A stretch of 64,000 nt of DNA from an uncultured Bacteroidales bacterium (GCA_963821135.1 CAWGCR010000003.1:788959-852958); one strand, 5' to 3'; shown: positions 47,473 through 58,248, counted from the stretch's first letter. The notes: generated by a model from the letters alone, not told the origin. Numbers and translations are program-made.

Positions 47473-49113
47473 TCAAGAAAGTCCTGTAGCCCTTCCATCA
47501 GGCAAAACTTTAATTCTGAGAGCTGCAGGAACTTTAGGCAAGCCCGGCATGGTCATTATATTGCCGCAAATTACAACAGCGAATCCGGCCCCTGCTGATA
47601 TCCTTACTTCGTTCACCGTTATCTTAAAACCGGAAGGTCGTCCCTTGAGTTTTGGAATGTCCGACAGGGATTTTGGTGTTTTTGCAACGCAAACCGGGAG
47701 GTTGCCATATCCATTTTCGGTTAACAGATCAATATCGGTCTCAGCTCTTCGGTCGAAATCGACGCCATCTGCACCGTAGATTTCCCGTGCAAGAGTTTCT
47801 ATCTTTTCTTTGAATGATGCACTGAGAGGATATAAGAATTTCAGTGGTTTTTCTTTATGCAGTTTTATTGAATCCAATACGGCCTCACCCAATTCAACTG
47901 CACCTTTTCCACCATGTTCAAAATGATTTGCAATCACAGCTTTTGTTCCCATTCCTTCACAATAGGCAACTATCTTATTCAGATCTTCAGAAGTATCATC
48001 GGTGAATTTGTTTAGGGCTACTACAGGTTCAAGTCCAAACTTGCGAATATTCTCAATATGTTTGGCAAGGTTCCCTGCTCCTCCTTTTTCATCCATACCC
48101 CCATGGTACATGACTGCTTTAACCGTAGCAACAATAACCACCGCCTTAGGATTCAAGTCGGCACTTCGACATTTAATATGAAAGAATTTCTCCGCCCCCA
48201 GATCGGTAGCAAAACCTGCTTCAGTAACCACATAATCGGCATGTTTAAGGGCCATACGTGTAGCAATAGCACTGTTAGTTCCCTGGGCAATATTGGCAAA
48301 TGGTCCTGCATGAACAAAGGCGGGTGTGCCTTCAATGGTTTGTACAAGATTTGGATGAATGGTATCACGCAACAGGATCTGCATAGCACCCTGGGCCCCA
48401 ATGTCTTCGACTTTTACAGGTTCACCTTTATAGGTAAAGCCAACTACAGTTCTGGCTAATCGCTCTCCTAGATCCTTAAAATCTTTTGCCAGACAAAGCA
48501 TTGCCATTACTTCCGAGGCCGGTGTTATATTGAAACCGTCCTGCCGTGGAACTCCATGGCTTACTCCTCCCAAACCAACAAAGATCTCACGTAAAGCTCT
48601 GTCGTTCAGATCCAGCACACGCCTCCAGATTATTCTTCTGGCATCGATACCCAGTTCATTCCCATGTTGAAGGTGATTATCAATAAGAGCAGATAGGAGG
48701 TTATTTGATTTACTGATGGAGTACATGTCACCCACAAAATGAAGATTAATATCCTCAGCCGGCATAATCTGAGCTGCCCCTGCACCGGTTCCTCCCCCTT
48801 TAATTCCAAAATAAGGACCTAAAGAGGGTTCCCGTAAACAAATAGCTGCTTTCTTTCCCAGTTGGCGTAAGGCATCACCAAGCCCGATAGTAGTAGTTGT
48901 TTTACCCTCTCCCTGAGGTGTGGGTGTCATGGCAGTTACAAGGATCAAATTTCCGTCAGGATACGATTCTTTTTCCTTCAAATGCGCTATGGGTATTTTG
49001 GCTATGTAATGTCCATGAGGCAAAATAGACTCAGGATCAAGCCCTAATTCACTGGCTACTTCATAAATTTTCTTTAACGAGTATTGTTGGGCAATGTAAT
49101 TTGTGTTGTTCAT
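47473..49113 (-). CDS. fhs: Formate--tetrahydrofolate ligase
   Basis: 546 aa. LVTAMTPTPQGEGKTTTTIGL P-loop block, FANIAQG, C-terminal MPGLPKVPAA. Confidence 0.93.
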   Translation of the reverse strand: MNNTNYIAQQYSLKKIYEVASELGLDPESILPHGHYIAKIPIAHLKEKESYPDGNLILVTAMTPTPQGEGKTTTTIGLGDALRQLGKKAAICLREPSLGPYFGIKGGGTGAGAAQIMPAEDINLHFVGDMYSISKSNNLLSALIDNHLQHGNELGIDARRIIWRRVLDLNDRALREIFVGLGGVSHGVPRQDGFNITPASEVMAMLCLAKDFKDLGERLARTVVGFTYKGEPVKVEDIGAQGAMQILLRDTIHPNLVQTIEGTPAFVHAGPFANIAQGTNSAIATRMALKHADYVVTEAGFATDLGAEKFFHIKCRSADLNPKAVVIVATVKAVMYHGGMDEKGGAGNLAKHIENIRKFGLEPVVALNKFTDDTSEDLNKIVAYCEGMGTKAVIANHFEHGGKGAVELGEAVLDSIKLHKEKPLKFLYPLSASFKEKIETLAREIYGADGVDFDRRAETDIDLLTENGYGNLPVCVAKTPKSLSDIPKLKGRPSGFKITVNEVRISAGAGFAVVICGNIMTMPGLPKVPAALRIKVLPDGRATGLS

Positions 49114-49133
49114 GGATCGAATTTTGAATGCCC

Positions 49134-49141
49134 CAAATATA
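49134..49141 (-). promoter_or_regulatory. Bacteroidota-type -7 promoter box TAnnTTTG (minus strand) upstream of fhs
   Basis: Plus-strand CAAATATA corresponds to minus-strand TATATTTG, 21 nt upstream of the ATG at 49113. Confidence 0.4.
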
Positions 49142-49197
49142 ATAGACTTCCCGCTATGATCAATATCTATTACTTATTTAAGTTAGGATTCCCGGCA

Positions 49198-49962
49198 CTA
49201 TTCAGCCAGTCCCGCCACCCAGGCCATGGCTCCTGACAAGTGAGATTTGAAAAGTGGATCCTTATACATTAAAGCACTATGTCCTAAAGCCGTTTGGAAT
49301 ATTCTACCGCCTTCAAATTCCTTGCACCAAACCAAGGGATGATCTCCCATACGCTGATTTACGCCGGGAAACCATTTATTATCATCAACATCATAAGAGT
49401 CCTCATCGATGGAAATTAATACACTAGCACAATCGCGGGGATTCGCATCAAAGCTATAAAACTCATCCTTAATAATCCATACAGAATCCTCAAAATGGCG
49501 GATTGCAGGGTGGTCTCGGTTCTCAATAATCAAATGTCCTTCCTGTTCGGGGGGATGGCCTGTAAAATGAGCACAAATGGCCTCTCCCCACCACTCCCAA
49601 TTCGTTTCAGTAAAAGATCCTGAGTGTATTGCAACCAGACCTTTTCCTGAATTGATAAATCGGATCAATGCCTGTTGCTGCGTACTGTCAAGAATATCTC
49701 CACTTGTTAACAGAAATACAACACCATCAAACTTCGAAAGAGAATTGTCATTGAACATTGTGGAATCTTCTGTCAGGTATGTGCTCCAAGCATTTTGTTC
49801 ACAAAGTTCAGCTACAGCTATTTTTGCCTCCTCAGTGCTTTCATGCCTGAAATCGTTCGTCTTTGAAAAAATCAGCAGATTGATTGATTGAGAGGAAACT
49901 GAATGGTAATCGGTAATTGACATGACCAGTATTATAGCAGTTAGAATTAATCTTACGATCAT
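49198..49962 (-). CDS. ThuA-domain protein (secreted)
   Basis: 254 aa with a signal peptide. LIFSKTNDFRHES and GDHPLVWCKEFEGGRIFQTALGH. Confidence 0.8.
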   Translation of the reverse strand: MIVRLILTAIILVMSITDYHSVSSQSINLLIFSKTNDFRHESTEEAKIAVAELCEQNAWSTYLTEDSTMFNDNSLSKFDGVVFLLTSGDILDSTQQQALIRFINSGKGLVAIHSGSFTETNWEWWGEAICAHFTGHPPEQEGHLIIENRDHPAIRHFEDSVWIIKDEFYSFDANPRDCASVLISIDEDSYDVDDNKWFPGVNQRMGDHPLVWCKEFEGGRIFQTALGHSALMYKDPLFKSHLSGAMAWVAGLAE

Positions 49963-49974
49963 AGTAAATGATTC

Positions 49975-51219
49975 TTAATAGTAGCGTCCCAGAAGCGGAT
50001 GTTCAACTATGGTTTTTCTTAGTTCCAGAATATCTACCAGGCCTTGCTCCCTCATGATAATATTGCCTCCGGGTTCAATGAGTATGGTATAGGGTAAGGC
50101 TCCGGCCCAGGCAGTATCAACCAGGTCAATCAGCTGGTACTTATCTTTTTCAGTATACAAGTAATTTTGCAAGGCTGCATTTTCTTTATCGAGAAACTTT
50201 TGCACTTTAACCTTATTGTCAGGATTATCGGTTGAAAGGGAAATAAACTCAAAATCCCGGTTGCCATACATTCGCTGTAGTTTAACAAATTCGGGAAATT
50301 CGGTTACACAGGGGGCACACCATGTTGCCCAGAAATTAATCAACCGGAGATTTTCACTGTCATTCGCTAAAAGCATTTTGATTCCATCATTGCTTATCCA
50401 TTCCAGTTCAACCACTTTCTCATCCCAATCCTTGTTTACTTTATCAGTCCAATCGGATTTCCATGCCCACTTAATCGAACACCCGAATGTTTTTGTAACA
50501 TCATTTGTAACAGCTTTACCTGCCAAAACTTCCTCAACTGCGAGCCTTAGATCTTCGGCATTGGCAGAACCAGGCTTTTCTGATGTATCAAGCCGTCCGG
50601 AATACCTCAGTTTTCTTTCCTGATCAAATACAAATACATGAGGTGTGGTTACAGGACCATACTTAATGGATACAGCATGATTATCGCCATCGTATAAGTA
50701 GGGGAAATTAAAACCCATATCCTCTGCCCTTATCTTCATCTCAGCATAGGAATCATTCAAATCGGAATAACCGCATTCCTCTAATAGAAGGCCATATGCA
50801 CTATTAGGCATTATTGCTGCCACAGCAACAGATTTTTCGCTGTAGTCGCTTGTAAAATCAATTAAGCGTTCTTCGTAGGCTTGTGCAGTAGGACAATGGT
50901 TGCAGGTAAATACAATCACAAGCAACTCATAGCTATTAAAATCGTTCAAGGAATAAAATGTACCGTGGACATCAGGTAAGTTGAACTCGGGGGCCGAATC
51001 ACCTATCTTTAGAGTTTGTACTTCCTGCATATCTACCCTTTCAGGATTGGGTTGAAAGGCACCGACCCCTTCATCACTACTTGTCTTATCAGGCAATTTA
51101 CCGCCCTGACGACAGCTACAGAGGAGAATCAGAAGAAATAAAATAAGCAGATAGTGAAGTGCTCTGCATCTACTGCCACTTATTCCAGGATATTTTGATA
51201 ATGAGGTGGTTAAATTCAT
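49975..51219 (-). CDS. Two-domain thioredoxin-fold lipoprotein (redoxin/AhpC-TSA-like + TlpA-like)
   Basis: 414 aa. Lipobox LLCSC. First domain has CNHCP and the second has FWATWCAPC. Confidence 0.75.
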   Translation of the reverse strand: MNLTTSLSKYPGISGSRCRALHYLLILFLLILLCSCRQGGKLPDKTSSDEGVGAFQPNPERVDMQEVQTLKIGDSAPEFNLPDVHGTFYSLNDFNSYELLVIVFTCNHCPTAQAYEERLIDFTSDYSEKSVAVAAIMPNSAYGLLLEECGYSDLNDSYAEMKIRAEDMGFNFPYLYDGDNHAVSIKYGPVTTPHVFVFDQERKLRYSGRLDTSEKPGSANAEDLRLAVEEVLAGKAVTNDVTKTFGCSIKWAWKSDWTDKVNKDWDEKVVELEWISNDGIKMLLANDSENLRLINFWATWCAPCVTEFPEFVKLQRMYGNRDFEFISLSTDNPDNKVKVQKFLDKENAALQNYLYTEKDKYQLIDLVDTAWAGALPYTILIEPGGNIIMREQGLVDILELRKTIVEHPLLGRYY

Positions 51220-51431
51220 TGGTTTAAGTTTGAATGTTGATGTATATTCTATTGTCTCAATGGCTTAAAGTACAAAATATTAAAGAATTTCTTTCCATAA
51301 TACAGGAATTTGTGTAATGATCATAACATGTCCTGAAATAAAAAAATCGGTTTTTTCCGGTATTCTTTGACTGCTGTAAAATGAATTTGTAAATTTAAAT
51401 ATAAGATGAGATCTTCATTTTGTAAACAGCG

Positions 51432-52787
51432 ATGATGAAAACATTCGTAGATAGAATAGTTAACTTTTTTTGGAAAGGAGAATATAAAGGTAATAATGCT
51501 TTCCTCGATGCAGAAAGCCGAAGAAATCACCTGGTGAAAATTGCCTGCATCATTGCCTTTAACATTTATGTTTCCTTTGTTATTATCTATATGATAATTG
51601 ATTTTTCCTACCTGCTTCCAATGATACTCAACTTATTTATTTTCAGCATATTATTCTTAATTGCTTTGCAGCTTCTCAAGAGGGAAAAATATAAAGTTGC
51701 GAAGATCATTGTGCTTTTCAGTTTGACTACACCCATTTTTATTGGCAGCGGAATATTATTTGGTCGTGATCCCGGGATTCACATTTACTTTTTCCTTTTT
51801 GCCCTTGCACCCATTGTTTTCTGGTCGTTTGAGAAGAAAGGGTCAATTATATTATTTTTTCTGTTGAATATAGCCTGTTTCTTTTATGTGGAATACCTGA
51901 TGCCAGCTGAATCTGCTCTTATTCCTTTTCCGGAAGAGCACCTGACTTTCATAAGAAGCCTTTCGTTCTTTTTAAGTTTTATTGTGATTGGACTTATTAT
52001 CCTCCTCTATCAGAAACTGGCTGAAAATAAAGAAGAATTACTACTGGAAGCTAACAAAGATCTCGAACGAAAAACACAGGAATTAACAGAACTAAACAAG
52101 ACGAAGGATAAATTTTTCTCCATTATTGCTCATGACCTGAAAAATCCTTTTGGCGCTATTCTTAAAGGAATGGAACTAATTTCAGAGAACTATGACCGTT
52201 ATACTGATGAAAAAAGAAAGAGGCTGATTGATACTATACGCAAAACATCTATATCGACCTATGAACTATTAGATAAATTATTGGAATGGGGAAAGATTAA
52301 AACGAACAGCTTACACCCCCATTTCGATAATATTGATATGAATGGAATCGTATTAGATGTCGTAGATCTGTATGAAAAGCTTTTAAGCGATAAATCCATC
52401 AGTATCCATGTCGATTTGGAAAAAAATCTGTTGGTATATGCCGATCACTATATGCTCTCTGTAATTGTCCGGAATTTGATTTCTAATGCCATTAAATTCA
52501 CTCCCAGGAAAGGGAATATTAAGATTCTTTCAGAACCGGGTAAGGACGGATTCGTTGATATTGCTTTTGTTGATTCAGGAATTGGGATATCAGAGAAAGA
52601 CCAGGCGTATTTATTCAAAATTGATAAAAGCTTTTCCAGTCCCGGAACTGAGAAAGAGCAGGGAACCGGCCTTGGACTTCATCTGTGTAAAGAATACATA
52701 GAAAAGATATTCGGACATATCACAGTTTTCAGTAAACCGGGTGAAGGCAGCCGGTTTACGATATCATTACGTCGGGCATGTGAATAA
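51432..52787 (+). CDS. Multi-pass membrane sensor histidine kinase
   Basis: 451 aa, about 6 TM helices. H-box FFSIIAHDLKNPF, N-box ISNAIKF, G-boxes DSGIGI and GTGLGLHLC. Confidence 0.88.
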   Translation: MMKTFVDRIVNFFWKGEYKGNNAFLDAESRRNHLVKIACIIAFNIYVSFVIIYMIIDFSYLLPMILNLFIFSILFLIALQLLKREKYKVAKIIVLFSLTTPIFIGSGILFGRDPGIHIYFFLFALAPIVFWSFEKKGSIILFFLLNIACFFYVEYLMPAESALIPFPEEHLTFIRSLSFFLSFIVIGLIILLYQKLAENKEELLLEANKDLERKTQELTELNKTKDKFFSIIAHDLKNPFGAILKGMELISENYDRYTDEKRKRLIDTIRKTSISTYELLDKLLEWGKIKTNSLHPHFDNIDMNGIVLDVVDLYEKLLSDKSISIHVDLEKNLLVYADHYMLSVIVRNLISNAIKFTPRKGNIKILSEPGKDGFVDIAFVDSGIGISEKDQAYLFKIDKSFSSPGTEKEQGTGLGLHLCKEYIEKIFGHITVFSKPGEGSRFTISLRRACE

Positions 52788-52866
52788 TCTCAGTCCACTA
52801 CCACTGCCATTTCCTCTAACACTAAACTACCCTGGGTTCCAATTCTGGCAGATGATGCAATTCGAA

Positions 52867-55800
52867 TTATTCCCTAGTGATAACAATTTTCCCTGCCCCA
52901 TGGTAGGAATGGTACTCCCCATTGTACATCGCATCGGCGCTAACCGGTCCCATATTGTATGTACCCGGTGAAACTACCCTGATCAGATAATAATAATACC
53001 GTGAGCCCCTGCTAACCGTAGCAAACATATTTATCCTGTCATCACGCATATCAATATAATCCGGCGTGTGTTTTGCATGGGGATACCGCATGCCGGGAGG
53101 CAGATCAGTAAGACGTGGATTTTCAATCTCAAAACATGCCGGTATGATGTCCGTGATCGCCACATTTTCGACATATTTATCAGTAAGGCCGGAAACAATG
53201 AGTTCAACGAGAACAAGATCGTTCTGCTTAAATGTATTGCCAGATACACCAGAGCCATTCCGATCGTAAAAGTTCCTTCGTACCTTAATGTAGTTATCTT
53301 CTTCAATATAAGACCCATCCCTGCTGATCCCTTCCGATTCCCAGAAATAGAAAAGTTTTCCACTTCCCGCGGTAAGCAATTCCAGTTTTTTATCGGCCAG
53401 GTGTGTTAAATCCAGACTAAGGTCATCACCGGAAAATTTTCCGAATTCCTTTTCATTTGCCTTCAGTCGGCCTGTAACAGTGCTACCTTCAATTGATTTT
53501 GAGAATTTCCCCATCGCCAGAAAACCAAAGCTTCGCTCCTGTGTATTCAAATACCGGCTTGTTAGTAATCCTTCAGATACATGCTTCACCATTGCGCCAA
53601 TCTGTGGATCATCAGAATCGATCTCCAACAGCACATTCAATGCGATGGATTCATCCCGATAGGCTGAGTAGAAACTTCCCCCAAATGAAGTATTAGCGAT
53701 TTCTCCCTCAAAGGCTTTTGGCAAAATTTCCTTTGCCTTTCGCATATCACCCGATAAGGCATAAGCCCCGGCCAGGAGATATCGGCTATCTAAACTTAAC
53801 TGTTCGATGCGGCTACGATAGTAATTCATCAGGGAAGTTGGTTTTTCTCCCGCGAGGGCTAACACATACAAGGAATAAGCCACTTCCTTTGGAGCTATTT
53901 TTCTTTGTCTGGTGCCGTTATAGTAATAATCTATTAATTCCTTATTTTCCAATCTTTTCTTCAGGTACCGAAGCAATGCGTTTCTAAATAATGGATCGAC
54001 CTCATAGCCTGCCTTTTCGGCTTCGATGGTAAAGTGCGCCGCGTATACCGAAGCCCACCAGTTTTGGTATCCATGACCCGGCCAGTAAGATAATCCTCCA
54101 TTGTAAAGCTGCATTAGTTTAATACGATCAAGTGCAACCTGAACATTCCTCACTGCATCACGTGAAGCCTTATCTCCGGAGTACAGGGAACTTACAATAT
54201 CAGCAAAGTAGATCTGTGGAAAGGCTGCCGAAGTGGTTTGTTCAACACAGCCGTATGGATACCTGACCAGGTAATCGAGGCTTTTGGCATACCGGATCAT
54301 GGGATTCTTACTAAGCAGTAATTTACCACTCACACTTGATGCAATAAAATCCTCGATATTCACTGAAAAAGCTTCCGTCTTCCCGGCTTCCACAAATCCG
54401 GAGCCAGTTCTTTTTTGCAAAGGAGAGGCAGGACGTACGGTAATATCTGTTTTATGAATAAAAGTTTCCCCCAGCGCTTTTGACTCAATGATAACCGAAG
54501 AGGAGCCAATTTCCTGAAGTGCCTCCAGGTTAAAAACAAGCTCAGCTTCAGCATTGGGAAGAATAGTAACTGAATTACCTGGTTCTCCCGCAAGCCTTAA
54601 TGGTCCTTCCAGTTTGATCTCAGTTCTGCATTTGGCTTCCATGTTGGTGGTATTGGTCAGGGTAACCGGTACAATCACCTTGTCCCCCGGACTCAGAAAA
54701 CGAGGTAGTGCAACGCTGGTTACCAACGGATCGGCTACTTTCATATTTTTCTGTGCCGAACCAAAAATATTTCCGGAATATCCAACAGCCATGATGCGCA
54801 AATCGCCTGAGAACTGCGGAATATCGATAGCATATTCTGCTTCTCCTTTGTTGTCGGTTTCAATAATCCCACTCCAGAATGACACAAGTTTTACCCGGTT
54901 ATTCTGCATAGGATTAACCCTTTTAGCCATTTCAGAACCATCACCTCCGGTGGTACTGCGGATCATTCCTACTTCAGGGAATAAGTAAGGATACACATTG
55001 CTTGTGTTCACTTCGAGGGCCCTTTTTTCGTAGTAGAAGTTATACGGATCGGGTGTTTTAAAACCGGCAACCTGCAATATACCCTCATCAACAACAGCAA
55101 TAGTAAGCTTTGTATTAGGATTTGATTTTACCTGAATGACCTGAGTACTATTCGATCGCGATTTTTCAACAGCTGATATTTCCAGGGGTAGCATATAGGC
55201 CGGGTTATCAACCTTCACCGAGGAATATCCATGAGCTACTGTAAGGGGAATATCCGACTCGGTGTGCGGTTTGAATAGTGTAGCTCCGATGTATACACCA
55301 GGGAGGTAGTCCTCTTTTATATCAAGTGTAAATGTTGCTGCCCTTTTATCAGTTTCGACATAAAAATAATCCAGTACCTTGTCAGTTTCAACTGTAACCA
55401 ATACTTTTCCGCTAAACGGAGTTTTCAAAAGTACATTGGCAGTCTCGCCCACCAGGTATTTTTTCTTATCGAGTTCAATATCGATTTGTCCTTCGTTATT
55501 CACTTTGAAAGAGCTATAACTTGTGCTTCCCCAACCATAGGCATAAAGTCTTTGTTGAACAAAAGTATTCACCCCTGGCGCTGAAACCCGAAGCTCGTAT
55601 CTGCCAGATAAATCAGGTGAGAAAGTAAAAATTGTATTCTTTTCGTTTAGTGTTATTTTCTCATCCTTAAGCACCTTCTCGACCTTTTCCGATTTGTATT
55701 TGTAATATCCTCCGGATTTCTGCAACACGGTCTTGTATTCATGACGTATGAGTTTGACTTGTGCTTCTATCCCCTCAAGTGCATTTCCATCCTTATCAAC

Positions 55801-58248
55801 AGCAATAAGTTTAAAACGGGCAGGTGCCTGGGTTTTAACATAATAATCCTCCGTACTGATTCCATAAAATACATCCTGGGTATATATAGTCAATCGCTCC
55901 AGCCTGTTTACGGGTCTGCCTGTTTCATCAAAAACGGTAGAGAATATATCTGATTTCAGAACCCCCATATTTTTATATTCTATCGGAATATCAAATTCCT
56001 CATGTGCCTTACCTTCTGCATTCGTAGTACTTTCACGTAATATATTCCTAAAAGAACTGTGTGTTCCATGAATAAAATAACTATACTCCTTGTTCTTAGC
56101 CGGGTAAAAGGATGATTGTTTAGTAGATAGTTCGATCTGGTAATTCCGGTTAGCCGCCGGAGGTCCAAAGAAATTTTCAGCGCTCAGGTCAATTGCAATA
56201 GTTTCTCCCGGTTTGTACTCCGTTTTATCCACTTGCAGATCGACCTTTATCCTATCGGGCATAAACTCTTCTACTTTAATGACTTTTGAGCCAATCAATA
56301 CTTCATTGGTGGTAAATACATAGGCAACATAAGAACCTGTTTGAGCGGAAGGTGATAGATTAATTTTTGTCTCAAAGGAACCCTGATCATTCAGGACCTT
56401 CCTTACTGATGTGTGTGTTTTGCCATTTGGAGTTTTCAACCGCAGTATAAGGGGATTATCACCGGGCGTATTCCAGTCATAATCCCTGATTATTGCTGAA
56501 ATATTAATGCTTTCCCCAGGTCGGTACAAGTCACGATCGCCGTAAATGAAAGCTTCCAGTCCGGATGGATTTTGCCGCTTCCCTCCCACATCGAATCGTG
56601 AGGTGTTGATACGGGTTTTGCTCAGGGGTAATACATTAAAATCGTTTTCAAGCTGGGCTGAGATCAGGGAGGTTTTAAAACCAGGGGCTAATAAGTTCTC
56701 GTTTGTATACACTGCGATTCCTTCAGAGTTGGTTTTCAGTGTATGATTTACCTGGTTATTATTTCCAATAAATCGCAGTGTTACATTGGCAAGGGGCTGT
56801 GCTGTTTTTATCGAGTTAGCAAATACGGTAATGGAATTCTTTCCCTCTTTAACAATCAAACCTATATCGGAAATCGAGATCATTTTAGTGGCTCGCAACC
56901 AGTAATCCTCATCCGAACGTACTTCCAGTACATAAATTCCCGGATGGGAACCTAGTTTATCTTCGAAATCGAGTGTAAGTATCCGGTTTGATCCTTTATG
57001 CGGCAGGGTATTGGTTGCTACATCTTTTTCGTAAACAACATCGCCCATGTTGCCGGGGTCGTTGTAATTGTAGTAGTAATCGTATTCATAGTCATAATCG
57101 TAGTAGTAGTAATTGTTGTTACGCAGGTAACTTAATATATTGTTCTCATAGAGTTTGGTAACCTTAATTTTAACATCTGGTACATTGATTATAGCTGCCT
57201 GAATGTTCCTTGAGCCACGACCTGACACATAAAATTCCTTCTGGTCGGTAAAACGGATGGTGGGCTGTACATTGCCAAAAGATACCGGTTGTGTGTAATC
57301 GTATTTCAATTCGCCGCCTAACGTTCCCATCAGACCCTTTTTTACAGTTATCTCATATTTATTTTCCAGATTGAAATTTTCGCTTGAAACCAGCAAATAA
57401 CCTGGTTGTATATCCACCTTGTACCGAATCGAAGGGCTAATTGAAATATATCTCCTGATTTCCGATTCGTCTACTTTTTGGGTGGTGTAAAAGGTAACAG
57501 AACCCTCTGTTCCATCGTGAGCAGATTGCATATCAGAAATTTCCAGTTTAAAGGGCGATGGAATGCTGAATTTTTCATTAAAGGCTTCTGATGTTTTTAT
57601 TATTCCGTTGTATGGAGCCAATCCTTTATTAATAGTAATCTCAACAGGGTAGTCCTTATCTTCTTTTTTAACCTCTTCAACAATCACAGTCACCTGATCT
57701 TGTATATCCCCGGTCTCAATCCTGTAGGCAGTTTCTTCTTTGCTAATTAGTACAGTTAATAAATCATCCAATTCGGAAGGAATAACCGGGTAATTAAAAC
57801 TCAATTCGAGTTTTATTATATGCTCCCCATTTTTTTCCGATACATCCCATATAGCCCTACTGGTTAAGAGTTTAAGGTAGGGTGTATGAAAACTAAATTG
57901 CTTCTCTCCAGTAAAAGGGAGTTTGGTATACCGGAAAACTTCATCGGTAAGTTTTGCTGAATACTGACTTGCTGCACCAAATTCTTTCGAGGGTGCAAAT
58001 ACAAGTTTGGAAGTGGTTTGCCAGTGAAATTTTCCTTCAACTGCCGGTTCAAAGCTAATGTATTGTTTTTCAGTCCAAACACCTACCAGACTATCGGGTA
58101 CCATTTCCTTATCGAATGTGAAACTCAGAAGTGATCTAACCTGAATTTCTTCTTCAAAGTTTTTATTGATGAGTTTAATCTTTTTCTCTGTTGAGCAGGT
58201 AACAAAAACTACAGCAGTAAGCAGCAGGCAGGGTATTAATTTTTTCAT
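52867..58248 (-). CDS. Alpha-2-macroglobulin-family lipoprotein with intact thioester motif
   Basis: 1793 aa. Lipobox VFVTCS. Long run of MG-like beta domains. Thioester motif YPYGCVEQTTSAAFPQ. C-terminal receptor-binding-like domain. Confidence 0.9.
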   Translation of the reverse strand: MKKLIPCLLLTAVVFVTCSTEKKIKLINKNFEEEIQVRSLLSFTFDKEMVPDSLVGVWTEKQYISFEPAVEGKFHWQTTSKLVFAPSKEFGAASQYSAKLTDEVFRYTKLPFTGEKQFSFHTPYLKLLTSRAIWDVSEKNGEHIIKLELSFNYPVIPSELDDLLTVLISKEETAYRIETGDIQDQVTVIVEEVKKEDKDYPVEITINKGLAPYNGIIKTSEAFNEKFSIPSPFKLEISDMQSAHDGTEGSVTFYTTQKVDESEIRRYISISPSIRYKVDIQPGYLLVSSENFNLENKYEITVKKGLMGTLGGELKYDYTQPVSFGNVQPTIRFTDQKEFYVSGRGSRNIQAAIINVPDVKIKVTKLYENNILSYLRNNNYYYYDYDYEYDYYYNYNDPGNMGDVVYEKDVATNTLPHKGSNRILTLDFEDKLGSHPGIYVLEVRSDEDYWLRATKMISISDIGLIVKEGKNSITVFANSIKTAQPLANVTLRFIGNNNQVNHTLKTNSEGIAVYTNENLLAPGFKTSLISAQLENDFNVLPLSKTRINTSRFDVGGKRQNPSGLEAFIYGDRDLYRPGESINISAIIRDYDWNTPGDNPLILRLKTPNGKTHTSVRKVLNDQGSFETKINLSPSAQTGSYVAYVFTTNEVLIGSKVIKVEEFMPDRIKVDLQVDKTEYKPGETIAIDLSAENFFGPPAANRNYQIELSTKQSSFYPAKNKEYSYFIHGTHSSFRNILRESTTNAEGKAHEEFDIPIEYKNMGVLKSDIFSTVFDETGRPVNRLERLTIYTQDVFYGISTEDYYVKTQAPARFKLIAVDKDGNALEGIEAQVKLIRHEYKTVLQKSGGYYKYKSEKVEKVLKDEKITLNEKNTIFTFSPDLSGRYELRVSAPGVNTFVQQRLYAYGWGSTSYSSFKVNNEGQIDIELDKKKYLVGETANVLLKTPFSGKVLVTVETDKVLDYFYVETDKRAATFTLDIKEDYLPGVYIGATLFKPHTESDIPLTVAHGYSSVKVDNPAYMLPLEISAVEKSRSNSTQVIQVKSNPNTKLTIAVVDEGILQVAGFKTPDPYNFYYEKRALEVNTSNVYPYLFPEVGMIRSTTGGDGSEMAKRVNPMQNNRVKLVSFWSGIIETDNKGEAEYAIDIPQFSGDLRIMAVGYSGNIFGSAQKNMKVADPLVTSVALPRFLSPGDKVIVPVTLTNTTNMEAKCRTEIKLEGPLRLAGEPGNSVTILPNAEAELVFNLEALQEIGSSSVIIESKALGETFIHKTDITVRPASPLQKRTGSGFVEAGKTEAFSVNIEDFIASSVSGKLLLSKNPMIRYAKSLDYLVRYPYGCVEQTTSAAFPQIYFADIVSSLYSGDKASRDAVRNVQVALDRIKLMQLYNGGLSYWPGHGYQNWWASVYAAHFTIEAEKAGYEVDPLFRNALLRYLKKRLENKELIDYYYNGTRQRKIAPKEVAYSLYVLALAGEKPTSLMNYYRSRIEQLSLDSRYLLAGAYALSGDMRKAKEILPKAFEGEIANTSFGGSFYSAYRDESIALNVLLEIDSDDPQIGAMVKHVSEGLLTSRYLNTQERSFGFLAMGKFSKSIEGSTVTGRLKANEKEFGKFSGDDLSLDLTHLADKKLELLTAGSGKLFYFWESEGISRDGSYIEEDNYIKVRRNFYDRNGSGVSGNTFKQNDLVLVELIVSGLTDKYVENVAITDIIPACFEIENPRLTDLPPGMRYPHAKHTPDYIDMRDDRINMFATVSRGSRYYYYLIRVVSPGTYNMGPVSADAMYNGEYHSYHGAGKIVITRE
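54238..54249 (-). other. CVEQ thioester site codons of the alpha-2-macroglobulin
   Basis: Plus-strand ttgttcaacaca read on the minus strand gives TGT GTT GAA CAA = C-V-E-Q. Confidence 0.85.
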
